Position numbers and translations under genes: made by a program. Shown one piece after another: positions 17,553-25,668 of a stretch of DNA of 64,000 nucleotides (the stretch's first letter is position 1; every line of letters begins with the position of its first letter). The DNA comes from a virus (lineage: Duplodnaviria > Heunggongvirae > Uroviricota > Caudoviricetes). The DNA is taken from positions 1 through 64,000 of IMG/VR virus record IMGVR_UViG_3300000176_000003; one strand, 5' to 3'. The notes under the pieces are model-generated. The model was not told where the DNA came from, did not search any database, and saw only the letters and a list, made by a program, of their open reading frames with translations.

Positions 17553-17738
17553 ATGAAACTTCAGATGTGTTGTTCAGAATGTGGATCAAAAGATGTTTTG
17601 GTCGATGCCTGGGCAAGTTGGGATGAAGTAAACCAAGAATGGGAACTGTCTTCTACTTTTGACCAAGCTTTTTGTGAAGACTATAACAGTGAAACCTCTA
17701 TTGATGAAATCGAGATTGAAGATGAAGCAAATGTCTAA
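17553..17738 (+). CDS. small Cys-containing protein
   Basis: 61 aa with CCSECGS near the N-terminus and an acidic C-terminus. Confidence 0.4.
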   Translation: MKLQMCCSECGSKDVLVDAWASWDEVNQEWELSSTFDQAFCEDYNSETSIDEIEIEDEANV

Positions 17739-17925
17739 TCGTGATTACGGCGTCTATGATGACGATGGTGAATTTTATGCGGCTCTTTTCCTTGACGATA
17801 AGGAAGTTGATGGTATGAACTTCTATAAGCGCAAGGAAGCTAAGGAATTTGGTAAGAAATGGGTCAAGGGTGGATGGAAGTCTATCTATCCTCACACTCC
17901 TGAAATGTGGGACAATGCAGAATGA
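17659..17925 (+). CDS. hypothetical protein
   Basis: The start is probably the downstream ATG (MSNRDYGV). Confidence 0.35.
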   Translation: MTKLFVKTITVKPLLMKSRLKMKQMSNRDYGVYDDDGEFYAALFLDDKEVDGMNFYKRKEAKEFGKKWVKGGWKSIYPHTPEMWDNAE

Positions 17926-18173
17926 ATGAAAATGAAACGCTGTTCTCATTTAATGTGAACAAGAAAAAGACTAAGATTGTTGCTCTAACTGCTAGTGATG
18001 CAATGTATCAGGCTGTTAATCATTTCGATCTAGTCGAAGACTCTGGTGAATGGCTGATGGTTTCTCCCGGTAATTGGGCTGTTCCTACGGATGGTCCTGA
18101 ATATACCTGGGTTACTGGTGATAATATTCTTAAGACTACAAAGAGTCCTTGGGAAGCCTCCTGGCGTCATTAA
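17907..18173 (+). CDS. hypothetical protein
   Basis: 88-aa ORF. Confidence 0.35.
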   Translation: MGQCRMNENETLFSFNVNKKKTKIVALTASDAMYQAVNHFDLVEDSGEWLMVSPGNWAVPTDGPEYTWVTGDNILKTTKSPWEASWRH

Positions 18174-18186
18174 TAGGAAAGTAGTT

Positions 18187-18345
18187 ATGAAAATCTATTG
18201 GGTATTGGGATATGACCAATATTATCCCTTGGCTGATAACTTTATGGATTCATTTGAAACCTATGAGGAAGCGGCTGAATATGCTGCTAAACGTCCGGGA
18301 AATCGTGACCATTACAACGTGATAAACATTTCGGATAGGCTCTAA
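18187..18345 (+). CDS. small protein of the EEAAEYAAK paralog family
   Basis: MKIYWVLGYDQYY...FETYEEAAEYAAKRPG. RBS AGGAAAGTAG. Confidence 0.4.
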   Translation: MKIYWVLGYDQYYPLADNFMDSFETYEEAAEYAAKRPGNRDHYNVINISDRL

Positions 18346-18512
18346 AAAACTTGTTGACGGGGCGATAGGATTGTGAGAGATTGTGGTTATCAAGAAAGGG
18401 AACGACATGAAATCGAGAAATCCTATCGCCCGCTTTGCACACAAATGTAATGTGGCAAAGGCTTTCCCTGCCAAAAAGGGAAAGGGTTCCGTTTTTAAAC
18501 GCGATAAAAAGG

Positions 18513-18541
18513 TTGACACCGATGTTTAAAGAATTTAAGAT
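18513..18541 (+). promoter_or_regulatory. sigma70-like promoter TTGACA-N17-TAAGAT
   Basis: aaaaaggTTGACAcc ... TAAGAT. There is another TTGACG at 18354. Confidence 0.45.
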
Positions 18542-18743
18542 GCGCGAAGGTCTGGAAATTTTTAATAGGTCTCATGGCGGCGGTGGGTCGTCATGGTCTA
18601 TGAAGGGATTTAATGACTTGACTGAAGCTGAAGCATATGCTAAGTATATCCAGGAATCTCTTTGGGGATATGGTAGTACGGCTAATGTTCACACTAAGCC
18701 GGAACTTTATGTTTCGTGCCATTGCTATAATTCTTGTGATTAG
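18540..18743 (+). CDS. hypothetical protein
   Basis: The frame is open from 18435. The true start is uncertain because the promoter overlaps the first ATGs. Confidence 0.3.
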   Translation: MREGLEIFNRSHGGGGSSWSMKGFNDLTEAEAYAKYIQESLWGYGSTANVHTKPELYVSCHCYNSCD

Positions 18744-18751
18744 GGGATAGT

Positions 18752-19075
18752 ATGTCGGTTAAGGCTAGGATTGAACTTGAGCAACGTATTGTCAAGATGA
18801 CTATTGATGCCAGTCTAAAGGCTGGTTATGCTCTAGGCGTCTATGATGGTGAAGAATTTGTTGTTAAAAATTCCAAAGATGCTGATGAAATCTTTGGTGC
18901 TATGTTTAGCACTGATGAGGATACACTTTGCTTTTACAATGAATCGAAAAAACGTATCGGCTGGGTTTACTTTATCTATGGCAATGATGGTTATGATGTC
19001 ATCAGTGATTACACCACTAATCTTGAAGATGTCTTGAAGCCGATTAACGAATATTGCGATAGCTATATGGATTGA
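18752..19075 (+). CDS. hypothetical protein
   Basis: 107-aa ORF. Confidence 0.4.
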   Translation: MSVKARIELEQRIVKMTIDASLKAGYALGVYDGEEFVVKNSKDADEIFGAMFSTDEDTLCFYNESKKRIGWVYFIYGNDGYDVISDYTTNLEDVLKPINEYCDSYMD

Positions 19076-19110
19076 TCTAACTCTCTGATTTTCCCAACGA
19101 AATTTTTTTG

Positions 19111-19139
19111 TTGACACCCTGATTGGCCTATGAGATTAT
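19111..19139 (+). promoter_or_regulatory. sigma70-like promoter TTGACA-N17-GATTAT
   Basis: aatttttttgTTGACAccc...GATTAT. Confidence 0.45.
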
Positions 19140-19167
19140 GGGTCATCGAAACAAACGGAGATACCAA

Positions 19168-19479
19168 ATGGCCTACGCTTCTATTAATGTCGAAGTTGAT
19201 CTGGATCAAGTGATTGAAAATTTCGATGTGTCTGACATCCTGTGTGGACTTCTGTCTAACGATATCATTGAATATATCGTGGAAGACGCGCCTAACCGAC
19301 TGATTGCTGCTTTGCGTGATGCTGGCGAATTGCCCGAAAATGCTGGAATTTTCTTTGAAATTGAGGAAAAGACTGCTATGCTTCAGGCTCTTGACATTTA
19401 TGTCGCTGTCCAAAAGGCTACTGGTACGGGAATTATGACCCAAAGCGAAATTTCTAGCTTGCGTGAAAAGCTGATCTAG
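19168..19479 (+). CDS. hypothetical acidic protein
   Basis: RBS GGAGATACCAAATG. The frame is open from 19123. Confidence 0.4.
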   Translation: MAYASINVEVDLDQVIENFDVSDILCGLLSNDIIEYIVEDAPNRLIAALRDAGELPENAGIFFEIEEKTAMLQALDIYVAVQKATGTGIMTQSEISSLREKLI

Positions 19480-19494
19480 GGTATGGTGACTTTA

Positions 19495-19528
19495 TGGGAA
19501 GGCAATCGCGCCTTCCCATATTTTTCTG
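19495..19528 (+). terminator. rho-independent terminator
   Basis: atgggaaggc-aatcgc-gccttcccat followed by ATTTTTCT, then promoter TTGACA at 19540. Confidence 0.7.
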
Positions 19529-19716
19529 AAAAAAGATTGTTGACAGATGAAAACTTATCGGTTAGTCTGGGAAATAGATATTGAGGCCGATAGCCCGACT
19601 GAAGCGGCTATCATTGCCAGAAATATTCAGCTTGACAGTGTGTCAACTGCTACTGTATTTGATGTATATGATGGTAATATCTTCGTCGAGTCTGTTGATT
19701 TAATCGGATAAGGTCA

Positions 19717-20154
19717 ATGATGAATAACGATCAAAAGCAAGCGATTGCTCAATATATCAATGCACCTAAGCATATCTATGCTTGCGCTGATGCAATTCGA
19801 TATGATCTGATGCATGGTCCCTGCTGGTCACTGATTCCGCAAGGTATCATTGAAGACTTTACTATGGATCATGTTGCAACCTTTTATGATGATCTGGTGG
19901 ATGCTATCATTGAAGGTGATGTAGTAGAAGAAACCTATACCGGAATTGTTGCGGATACTCTGCGACAATATATTGACGAATTGCCTTGCGAACTGTATAT
20001 TGAATGTGATACCGATTGCGTGATGGACAGTGAGCCGCAATGGGATTGGGATGAAGAATTGGGCGAAGATATCGAGCCTATGCCTTACTACATTGTGACG
20101 CATAAGTCTATTGTTGAAGCGGTGTTTGGTCCTACTATTGCAAAGGAATTCTAA
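19717..20154 (+). CDS. hypothetical acidic protein
   Basis: 145-aa ORF. Confidence 0.4.
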   Translation: MMNNDQKQAIAQYINAPKHIYACADAIRYDLMHGPCWSLIPQGIIEDFTMDHVATFYDDLVDAIIEGDVVEETYTGIVADTLRQYIDELPCELYIECDTDCVMDSEPQWDWDEELGEDIEPMPYYIVTHKSIVEAVFGPTIAKEF

Positions 20155-20156
20155 TA

Positions 20157-20423
20157 ATGATTGCCTTTACTAAGATTAGTAATATCAAGATTAGCTATAG
20201 TGCTGATGATTGGCAATTGTATAATATTGATGGTCGTGATCGTGCGGCTGATGAATTGAATGCTGGTATGGCTGAGCTTATGTCTAATTGGCCTAGTAAG
20301 GCTGATGTAAATTGGAAGGAAATTGAAAATCTTCTGTTCAGCTATGCTGATTATGGCGCGGCGTATAGTGAAGGTTATCAAATGGTTGACTATATCTTTA
20401 GCAAGGTTTATGGAGAATACTAA
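20157..20423 (+). CDS. hypothetical protein
   Basis: 88-aa ORF. Confidence 0.35.
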   Translation: MIAFTKISNIKISYSADDWQLYNIDGRDRAADELNAGMAELMSNWPSKADVNWKEIENLLFSYADYGAAYSEGYQMVDYIFSKVYGEY

Positions 20424-20809
20424 TGCGCGCTCAAGAAATCTTTGATACTGTAGCGACTCATCTGTTTACTCAAGGTAGACGAGCAATTACTATCGATGAG
20501 CAATGTGCGTATAAGACCAATGACGGTCTTAAGTGTGCTGTCGGTTGTCTTATTCCTGATGATATGTATTCTTCTAAGATGGAAAATACGGATGTTGTGA
20601 CTCTTTTAGCATTTCAATCTGATTATGGGTATACTATTCCTAAGTATTTTGCTCGAAATCAAGACATGCTTTCTCAGCTTCAGACTATTCATGATGATGA
20701 GTATTCTTGGTTATCCACTGAAGATATGAAGGATGCACTTAAGAAAGTTGCTCGAAATCATCATCTTAAGATGTCTGTACTGAATAACCTTTCCTTCGAG
20801 GACCGATAA
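20423..20809 (+). CDS. hypothetical protein
   Basis: 128 aa, ATG overlapping the upstream stop. Confidence 0.4.
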   Translation: MRAQEIFDTVATHLFTQGRRAITIDEQCAYKTNDGLKCAVGCLIPDDMYSSKMENTDVVTLLAFQSDYGYTIPKYFARNQDMLSQLQTIHDDEYSWLSTEDMKDALKKVARNHHLKMSVLNNLSFEDR

Positions 20810-20827
20810 TACTCCACAAATACTTTA

Positions 20828-20869
20828 GCCCATATGTGAGAGATTTTTTTCACATATGGGCATTTTTTC
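20828..20869 (+). terminator. rho-independent terminator
   Basis: gcccatatgtga-gagattttttt-tcacatatgggc followed by ATTTTTT, then promoter TTGACA at 20872. Confidence 0.7.
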
Positions 20870-20929
20870 GTTTGACATAGTGTTTTAGCTAGTGCATAGT
20901 TAGTCCATCGAAACACGGGAAACACGGAT

Positions 20930-21568
20930 ATGATCCGCCTCTCTAAAGCTTCTAAAATGCCGGGTAAGTCGTGGTCATTACAGGCGCGGGAAACATGTCC
21001 CGGCTCTATTGATCCGGCGACTAAGACGCTATTGCCGGTTTGTGCGGGCTGCTATGCCACGCAAGGGAACTATGTTTTTCCTAATGTCAAAGCGCCGCGC
21101 GAAGAAAACCGCAAGGATTGGAAACGCGAAGACTGGGTTTCTGATATGGTTGCTGCTATCGCCAAAGAAAAGTTTTTTCGTTGGTTTGATAGTGGCGACG
21201 TGTATCATCCTGGTTTGGCTGAAAAGATTTACTATGTGATGGAACAAACGCCGCACGTTAGGCATTGGCTCCCTACTAAGTCTTACAATATCCCCAAAAT
21301 TCGCTTTTGGCTGAATATGATGAAAGAATTGCCTAATGTGGCGGTTCGCTTTTCTTCGCCTACGGTAGATGGTATGTTTAGCGCGGAACATGGTTCCTGC
21401 GTAGTGCCAAGTTTTGATAGTGACACGCAAGCTAATGCCGTTTGCGATGCTTATGAACGGGACGGTAAATGCGGCGATTGTCGCGTTTGTTGGGATAAAA
21501 CGGTTGACGTTGTTGCGTATGTGGCGCATAGTAAGAAGCTGATTAAGCAATTGAAGGCTGCGGCATAA
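20930..21568 (+). CDS. Cys-rich hypothetical protein in a G+C-richer block
   Basis: 212 aa with CPGS...CAGCYATQGN and a C-terminal CGDCRVC (possible metal site). The surrounding DNA is visibly more GC-rich than its neighbours. Confidence 0.45.
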   Translation: MIRLSKASKMPGKSWSLQARETCPGSIDPATKTLLPVCAGCYATQGNYVFPNVKAPREENRKDWKREDWVSDMVAAIAKEKFFRWFDSGDVYHPGLAEKIYYVMEQTPHVRHWLPTKSYNIPKIRFWLNMMKELPNVAVRFSSPTVDGMFSAEHGSCVVPSFDSDTQANAVCDAYERDGKCGDCRVCWDKTVDVVAYVAHSKKLIKQLKAAA

Positions 21569-21569
21569 A

Positions 21570-21752
21570 ATGAAAAGCGTTAGCGAACGGTTTGAAGACT
21601 TTGTAAATAGCGGCGCGAAGGAACAATATCCTGATGATAGGGAAAGGCAATATGCCTATTCATATGGATATATGAATAGTATTATCGAAATACTGTCTGT
21701 GCGAGTCCCCGGAGTAGCTGAATACCTCGAAAACTATATTAAGGAAAATTGA
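21570..21752 (+). CDS. hypothetical protein
   Basis: 60 aa, coupled to the upstream gene. Confidence 0.35.
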   Translation: MKSVSERFEDFVNSGAKEQYPDDRERQYAYSYGYMNSIIEILSVRVPGVAEYLENYIKEN

Positions 21753-21757
21753 TAGCT

Positions 21758-22243
21758 ATGGCTTATATTGAAAATTCTAACAAAGTCTCTGGCAATGCTA
21801 ATGTCTATGGCGATGCTCTAGTCTATGGCGATGCTGTAGTCTCTGGCAATGCTAATGTCTTTGGCGATGCTAAGATCCATGGCGATGCTCATGTCTATGG
21901 CGATGCTCTAGTCTATGGCGATGCTGTAGTCTCTGGCAATGCTAATGTCTCTGGCAATGCTTTTGTCTCTGGTGAAGCGAATATTTCATCTAATGATGAT
22001 TGGTTTAGCCTGATCTATAGTGGTAAGACTTTGACTGGATATCGCTCTCGCAATGCTGATGGTTATGAACTGAATATTGATGGTCTCGCGGTCACTATTG
22101 GTGATGTGGCTGATGATCTGACGCCCAATCAATTGAATGCGATTGATAAGTGGTCTAAGCCTACAAAGTCTGAGATTGATATTAGGATTGAAGCCCTGAA
22201 GACTGAATTGGCTGCTTTGGAACAAGCTATTAAGGATCGTTAA
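21758..22243 (+). CDS. hexapeptide-repeat protein, paralog 3 of 4
   Basis: MAYIENSNKVSGNANVYGDALVYGDAVVSGNANVFGDAKIHGDAHVYGDA..., then the conserved C-terminal module SSNDDWFS...SRNADGYELNIDG. RBS AAGGAAAATTGATAGCTATG. Confidence 0.65.
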   Translation: MAYIENSNKVSGNANVYGDALVYGDAVVSGNANVFGDAKIHGDAHVYGDALVYGDAVVSGNANVSGNAFVSGEANISSNDDWFSLIYSGKTLTGYRSRNADGYELNIDGLAVTIGDVADDLTPNQLNAIDKWSKPTKSEIDIRIEALKTELAALEQAIKDR

Positions 22244-22437
22244 TACAATGCACCGAGTAGGAATTCCTGATGATCTACTGGAACAAGCTATTGCAATACT
22301 GTATAGACTTGAGGAAGATGCCGAAGAACTTGGTTATTATAGTAGATCAAACGAAGCGATTAGAATCGCTGATGAACTAAAAGTATATTTTAATGAAAAC
22401 AAACAATAATCTACTAAAATAACTAAGGAACGCACAA

Positions 22438-22761
22438 ATGGCTTATATTGAAAACGAGAATAAGGTCTATGGCAGTGCTTATGTCTCTGGCAATGCTAAG
22501 GTCTATGGCAATGCTAATGTCTATGGCAATGCTGTAGTCTCTGGCGATGCTAGTGTCTATGGTGAAGCGAATATTTCATCTAATGATGATTGGTTTTCTA
22601 TTACTATTCAGAATAAGATCATTACTGCCTATAAGTCTCGTAATGCTGATGGTTACGAAATCAATATCAATGGAATCAATAAAACCCTGGATGAAGTGAA
22701 ACAATACTTCGGTTCTATTCAATGTGAACTAATCGAATCCTGGAATAAACAATTGAACTAA
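22438..22761 (+). CDS. hexapeptide-repeat protein, paralog 4 of 4
   Basis: MAYIENENKVYGSAYVSGNAKVYGNANVYGNAVVSGDASVYGEANISSNDDWFS...SRNADGYEININGI. Confidence 0.65.
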   Translation: MAYIENENKVYGSAYVSGNAKVYGNANVYGNAVVSGDASVYGEANISSNDDWFSITIQNKIITAYKSRNADGYEININGINKTLDEVKQYFGSIQCELIESWNKQLN

Positions 22762-22954
22762 TAATGATATAATAAAGTAGTGTAAACATAAGACTCAATA
22801 CACACTGAATACACACTGAAATAAAAAACTGTACTACACACCCAATGTGTATAGTGAAAAGTGATGTATTTAGACTTAGAAAAGAATGCCCTTTATTATG
22901 GGTTTGGCTTCTGTATGAGGCATGTGATTGATTTCTATGGGGAAAAATAATTTA

Positions 22955-22983
22955 TTGACACGCAAACGCTGATAGGCCATTAT
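22955..22983 (+). promoter_or_regulatory. sigma70-like promoter TTGACA-N17-CATTAT
   Basis: aataatttaTTGACAcgc...CATTAT. Confidence 0.4.
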
Positions 22984-23017
22984 GGGGACATCGAAACGCG
23001 GCTAGGGAATAACGGAT

Positions 23018-23203
23018 ATGGAATTCGCCTCTGGTGCTGAAGCTGTGGCCTATTATTATTCCAAAGGTTTTTTCTATCGTGCGGAAGATATCTCTCGCTT
23101 AGATTATCGGATCATGTATAATCCCGATACGAATCAGGCGGTGGAAATCGAGCACAAAGGTTTTCTTTCTTGGGTTGCGGCTGAAATTCAAAATTTTTAT
23201 TAA
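23018..23203 (+). CDS. hypothetical protein
   Basis: 61-aa ORF downstream of the promoter. Confidence 0.35.
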   Translation: MEFASGAEAVAYYYSKGFFYRAEDISRLDYRIMYNPDTNQAVEIEHKGFLSWVAAEIQNFY

Positions 23204-23266
23204 AAAAAGGTTTGACAGACTAAATCGCCTCTGATACCTTAGATAAATCGAAGCAAGGAACACAAA

Positions 23267-23542
23267 ATGTCTTACAATGGTTGGACTAATCGCGAGACTT
23301 GGTTGGTCAATATCTGGTTTGGTGATGATGATTACCTTACGGATATGTCTGCGGCTGAAATTCAGAACGTCGTTGCTGAATACGTCGAAGAAAAGATCGG
23401 CGAAAGCGGCGGTTTCATCTATGATATGATCAATTTTGAATGTATTGATTGGGATGAGCTCGCCGACCATCACAAGTCTGATGATGAACTGGAAGATGAT
23501 GACGATACTATTCAAGACGAAGATGATGAAATCGAAGAATAA
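23267..23542 (+). CDS. hypothetical protein with strongly acidic C-terminal tail
   Basis: The N-terminus MSYNGWTNRETWLVNIWF is followed by a DDELEDDDDTIQDEDDEIEE tail. Confidence 0.45.
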   Translation: MSYNGWTNRETWLVNIWFGDDDYLTDMSAAEIQNVVAEYVEEKIGESGGFIYDMINFECIDWDELADHHKSDDELEDDDDTIQDEDDEIEE

Positions 23543-23747
23543 CTAAATAGAATTAGAATTAAAGCTTGGTCTAAGCCTTACCAACCTACGGGAATTTGGA
23601 GTAGCTTAGACCAAGCGGATATTCTAGACTAATCTAGTGCTCCCCGGCAGGTATATCCTAGGCCATGATAGGGCACTACAGGAACAATAGAACAAAAGAG
23701 AACTGCGGTCTTTGACAATTAAATAGAAATTCTTCTATCAGAAACAA

Positions 23748-23972
23748 ATGCGTTTCATGATATACTTTTTTTTGTTTGAAAGGTGTGGATCAATGCTTGG
23801 TTATATTGCGGGATATAATGGTAAAACTGTTGAAATAACTGCGAGTAGTTTATATGCGGCCAAAATTGCTGCGACCATGCTACTAAATGCGCCTAAGTCT
23901 AAGGTGCATATGGTATGGGTTGCTTTGGCTGAAAAGGATGGTGAGCCCGTTATACACATGGCGGTTGATTAA
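23748..23972 (+). CDS. hypothetical protein
   Basis: The likely start is ATG 23794 after GAAAGGTG. Confidence 0.35.
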   Translation: MRFMIYFFLFERCGSMLGYIAGYNGKTVEITASSLYAAKIAATMLLNAPKSKVHMVWVALAEKDGEPVIHMAVD

Positions 23973-24000
23973 AGGTGCGGCAATGAAGCAAAAAAGTCTC

Positions 24001-24029
24001 TTGACACGCGCTGAAAGACAAGCTATCTT
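24001..24029 (+). promoter_or_regulatory. sigma70-like promoter TTGACA-N17-TATCTT
   Basis: aaaaagtctcTTGACAcgcg...TATCTT. Confidence 0.4.
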
Positions 24030-24094
24030 ACGTGAGTACTTAGGCAAGCGCAACGTGCTCTCGCCTATTCCCAAAGCGGCTTAAGGATCACAAG

Positions 24095-24331
24095 ATGAAT
24101 CGCCCTCTCTATACTATCGCCTCGGATATCCGCAAGGCTTGGCCCAAGGTTAACTTTGCAGCTAAACCTTACCTTGACGCAATGTCTTCTCTGAATACTA
24201 TGCAAGATGACTATTATTGCGACTCTGCTAAGTCTGTTGTTCTCTATTTCCTTTCCAACGCTTCGACCTTTCGCGGCGAACAAGCAAAGTCGCTGAAGGA
24301 TGAACTAAAGGCAATGCTTAAGAGCGCCTAA
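24095..24331 (+). CDS. hypothetical protein
   Basis: 78-aa ORF followed by a perfect 12-bp-stem hairpin at 24343-24371. Confidence 0.4.
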   Translation: MNRPLYTIASDIRKAWPKVNFAAKPYLDAMSSLNTMQDDYYCDSAKSVVLYFLSNASTFRGEQAKSLKDELKAMLKSA

Positions 24332-24342
24332 TACTTGAACCG

Positions 24343-24371
24343 GAGGGGATTAGACTTGATCTAATCCCCTC
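24343..24371 (+). terminator. hairpin terminator-like element
   Basis: gaggggattaga-cttga-tctaatcccctc. The downstream U-tract is weak. Confidence 0.45.
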
Positions 24372-24756
24372 TATACTTTGGAGCAAATACAAATGGCCCG
24401 TTTGATTGTTGAATTTGCAGTATTGACGATTTTTTTGATCGTTCTTACTTGCCTATATATGACCTATACCTAACTAGACTGTATAGAGCAAAGCAGATTA
24501 AGGTTAAATTTTCGCGATTTCCCCATTGTTCCCTAACCCATTGAAATTGCAGAGAAAAATAATTTTTCGGAGCATGTATTGAAGGGTTGACACCAAGTAT
24601 TGTTATTGATAAGGTGGCTTCGCCACCGGGGGATTCGCCCCCGGCCGGCGGGGACGGACTCCCCGGCGATCTTTGACATTGTGAACCCCTAACCAAGGCG
24701 CGCGGCATTCCGTTGCGCGCCTAATCCTTCACATCACATCAAAAGGAACTAAACAA

Positions 24757-25017
24757 ATGTTCGCTTCTCTCAATATCGGTTACGGCGCTACCTTCGCCCT
24801 CTCGATCGCCGATGCCGCCAAGGTTATGGAAATACTCGGCAAGGCGAAGCGCATCGAGTCAACCTATGTCGGCGGCGAAGACTATCGCACGGTTACTTAT
24901 GAAATCGAGCCGGCTAATATTGAAATGCGCGTGTTGAACGGTGAAATCTACTCGAAAGAGCAAGTTGAACAATTCAAGGCGGAAGATAAGGCGCGAAAGG
25001 AACAAGAGCAAGCCTAG
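24757..25017 (+). CDS. hypothetical protein
   Basis: 86 aa with RBS AAAGGAACTAAACAAATG. A terminator follows. Confidence 0.45.
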   Translation: MFASLNIGYGATFALSIADAAKVMEILGKAKRIESTYVGGEDYRTVTYEIEPANIEMRVLNGEIYSKEQVEQFKAEDKARKEQEQA

Positions 25018-25030
25018 TCGAAAGCAATAC

Positions 25031-25063
25031 AGAGGCGGATTAAACCCCGCCTCTGTTCTTTTC
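25031..25063 (+). terminator. rho-independent terminator
   Basis: agaggcgg-attaaacc-ccgcctct followed by GTTCTTTTC. Confidence 0.6.
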
Positions 25064-25086
25064 AATACAACAAAAGGTCAAAGCAA

Positions 25087-25272
25087 ATGCAACAAACGAC
25101 GCTCGCCCAAAGCATTCGCCACGGTTTCTTTAGCGAACGCGAGACTTTAAAAGACGCTATGCAGTACGCCTACAGTATTGCGCAAGCGTCGAATTCGCCT
25201 ATTCATGTAATGACGGCAATACATGTCGTCATGAATACTCTAGCTAATGAAATGGAGAAGCAAACGGCCTAG
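25087..25272 (+). CDS. hypothetical protein
   Basis: 61-aa ORF. Confidence 0.35.
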   Translation: MQQTTLAQSIRHGFFSERETLKDAMQYAYSIAQASNSPIHVMTAIHVVMNTLANEMEKQTA

Positions 25273-25395
25273 TATCTGTCAAGTATAGAGCAAGTCTAGT
25301 TTGGCGATTAGACTTGCTCTATACTTCCGAAAAAAACAGTTCTATTTGGCTATATTGTATTGGGTTCCCATACGAGATGCTTCGAGCGGTTTAGT

Positions 25396-25650
25396 TTTTC
25401 CATTTTTCCTTTTTCTATGGGTCCCCCCCAGGAAAATATAGGATTTCAATTTTCCATTTTTCCTTTTTCTATGGGTCCCTTTCAGAAAAGTATAGGGTCC
25501 CCCCTTTTCGTATACGGGTCCCTTTCAGAAAAGTATAGGGTCCCCCCCCACCTTATATTGGGTCCCCTTACGGGTCCCTTTCAGAAAAGTATAGGGTCCC
25601 TTTGATCCGTTCTACGGGTCCCTTTGATCCGTTTCACGGGTCCCTCTCTC
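25396..25650. repeat. intergenic iteron-like array: about 10 copies of GGGTCCC embedded in three families of 30-bp direct repeats
   Basis: ttttccatttttcctttttctatgggtccc occurs twice, gggtccctttcagaaaagtatagggtcccc three times and gggtccctttgatccgtt..acgggtccc twice. These contrast with the AT-rich surroundings. Confidence 0.8.
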
Positions 25651-25660
25651 AGGGTTTTAC

Positions 25661-25668
25661 TATAAATA
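25661..25668 (+). promoter_or_regulatory. T4-type late promoter TATAAATA upstream of gp25
   Basis: ctaTATAAATAaata lies 35 nt upstream of ATG 25703 and marks the start of the late structural block. Confidence 0.6.

Noticed and set aside
21029-21550. 173-aa minus-strand ORF (and 21009..21239 plus-strand ORF) overlapping the Cys-rich gene
   Set aside because: Long spurious frames are expected in a locally GC-richer segment. The sense ORF 20930..21568 has the promoter, terminator and RBS context.
24445-24708. Minus-strand 87-aa ORF in the GC-rich element
   Set aside because: It is Pro/Gly/Ser-rich and generated by the GC-rich palindromes. Every other gene in the window is on the + strand.
25282-25324. 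Inverted repeat considered as intrinsic terminator
   Set aside because: There is no U-tract following it on the + strand. An A-run follows instead. It is kept as a regulatory palindrome.
25360-25605. 81-aa ORF MGSHTRCFERFSFSIFPFSMGP...
   Set aside because: It lies entirely within the GGGTCCC direct-repeat array. Its sequence is a repeated translation of the repeats, and it has no RBS.
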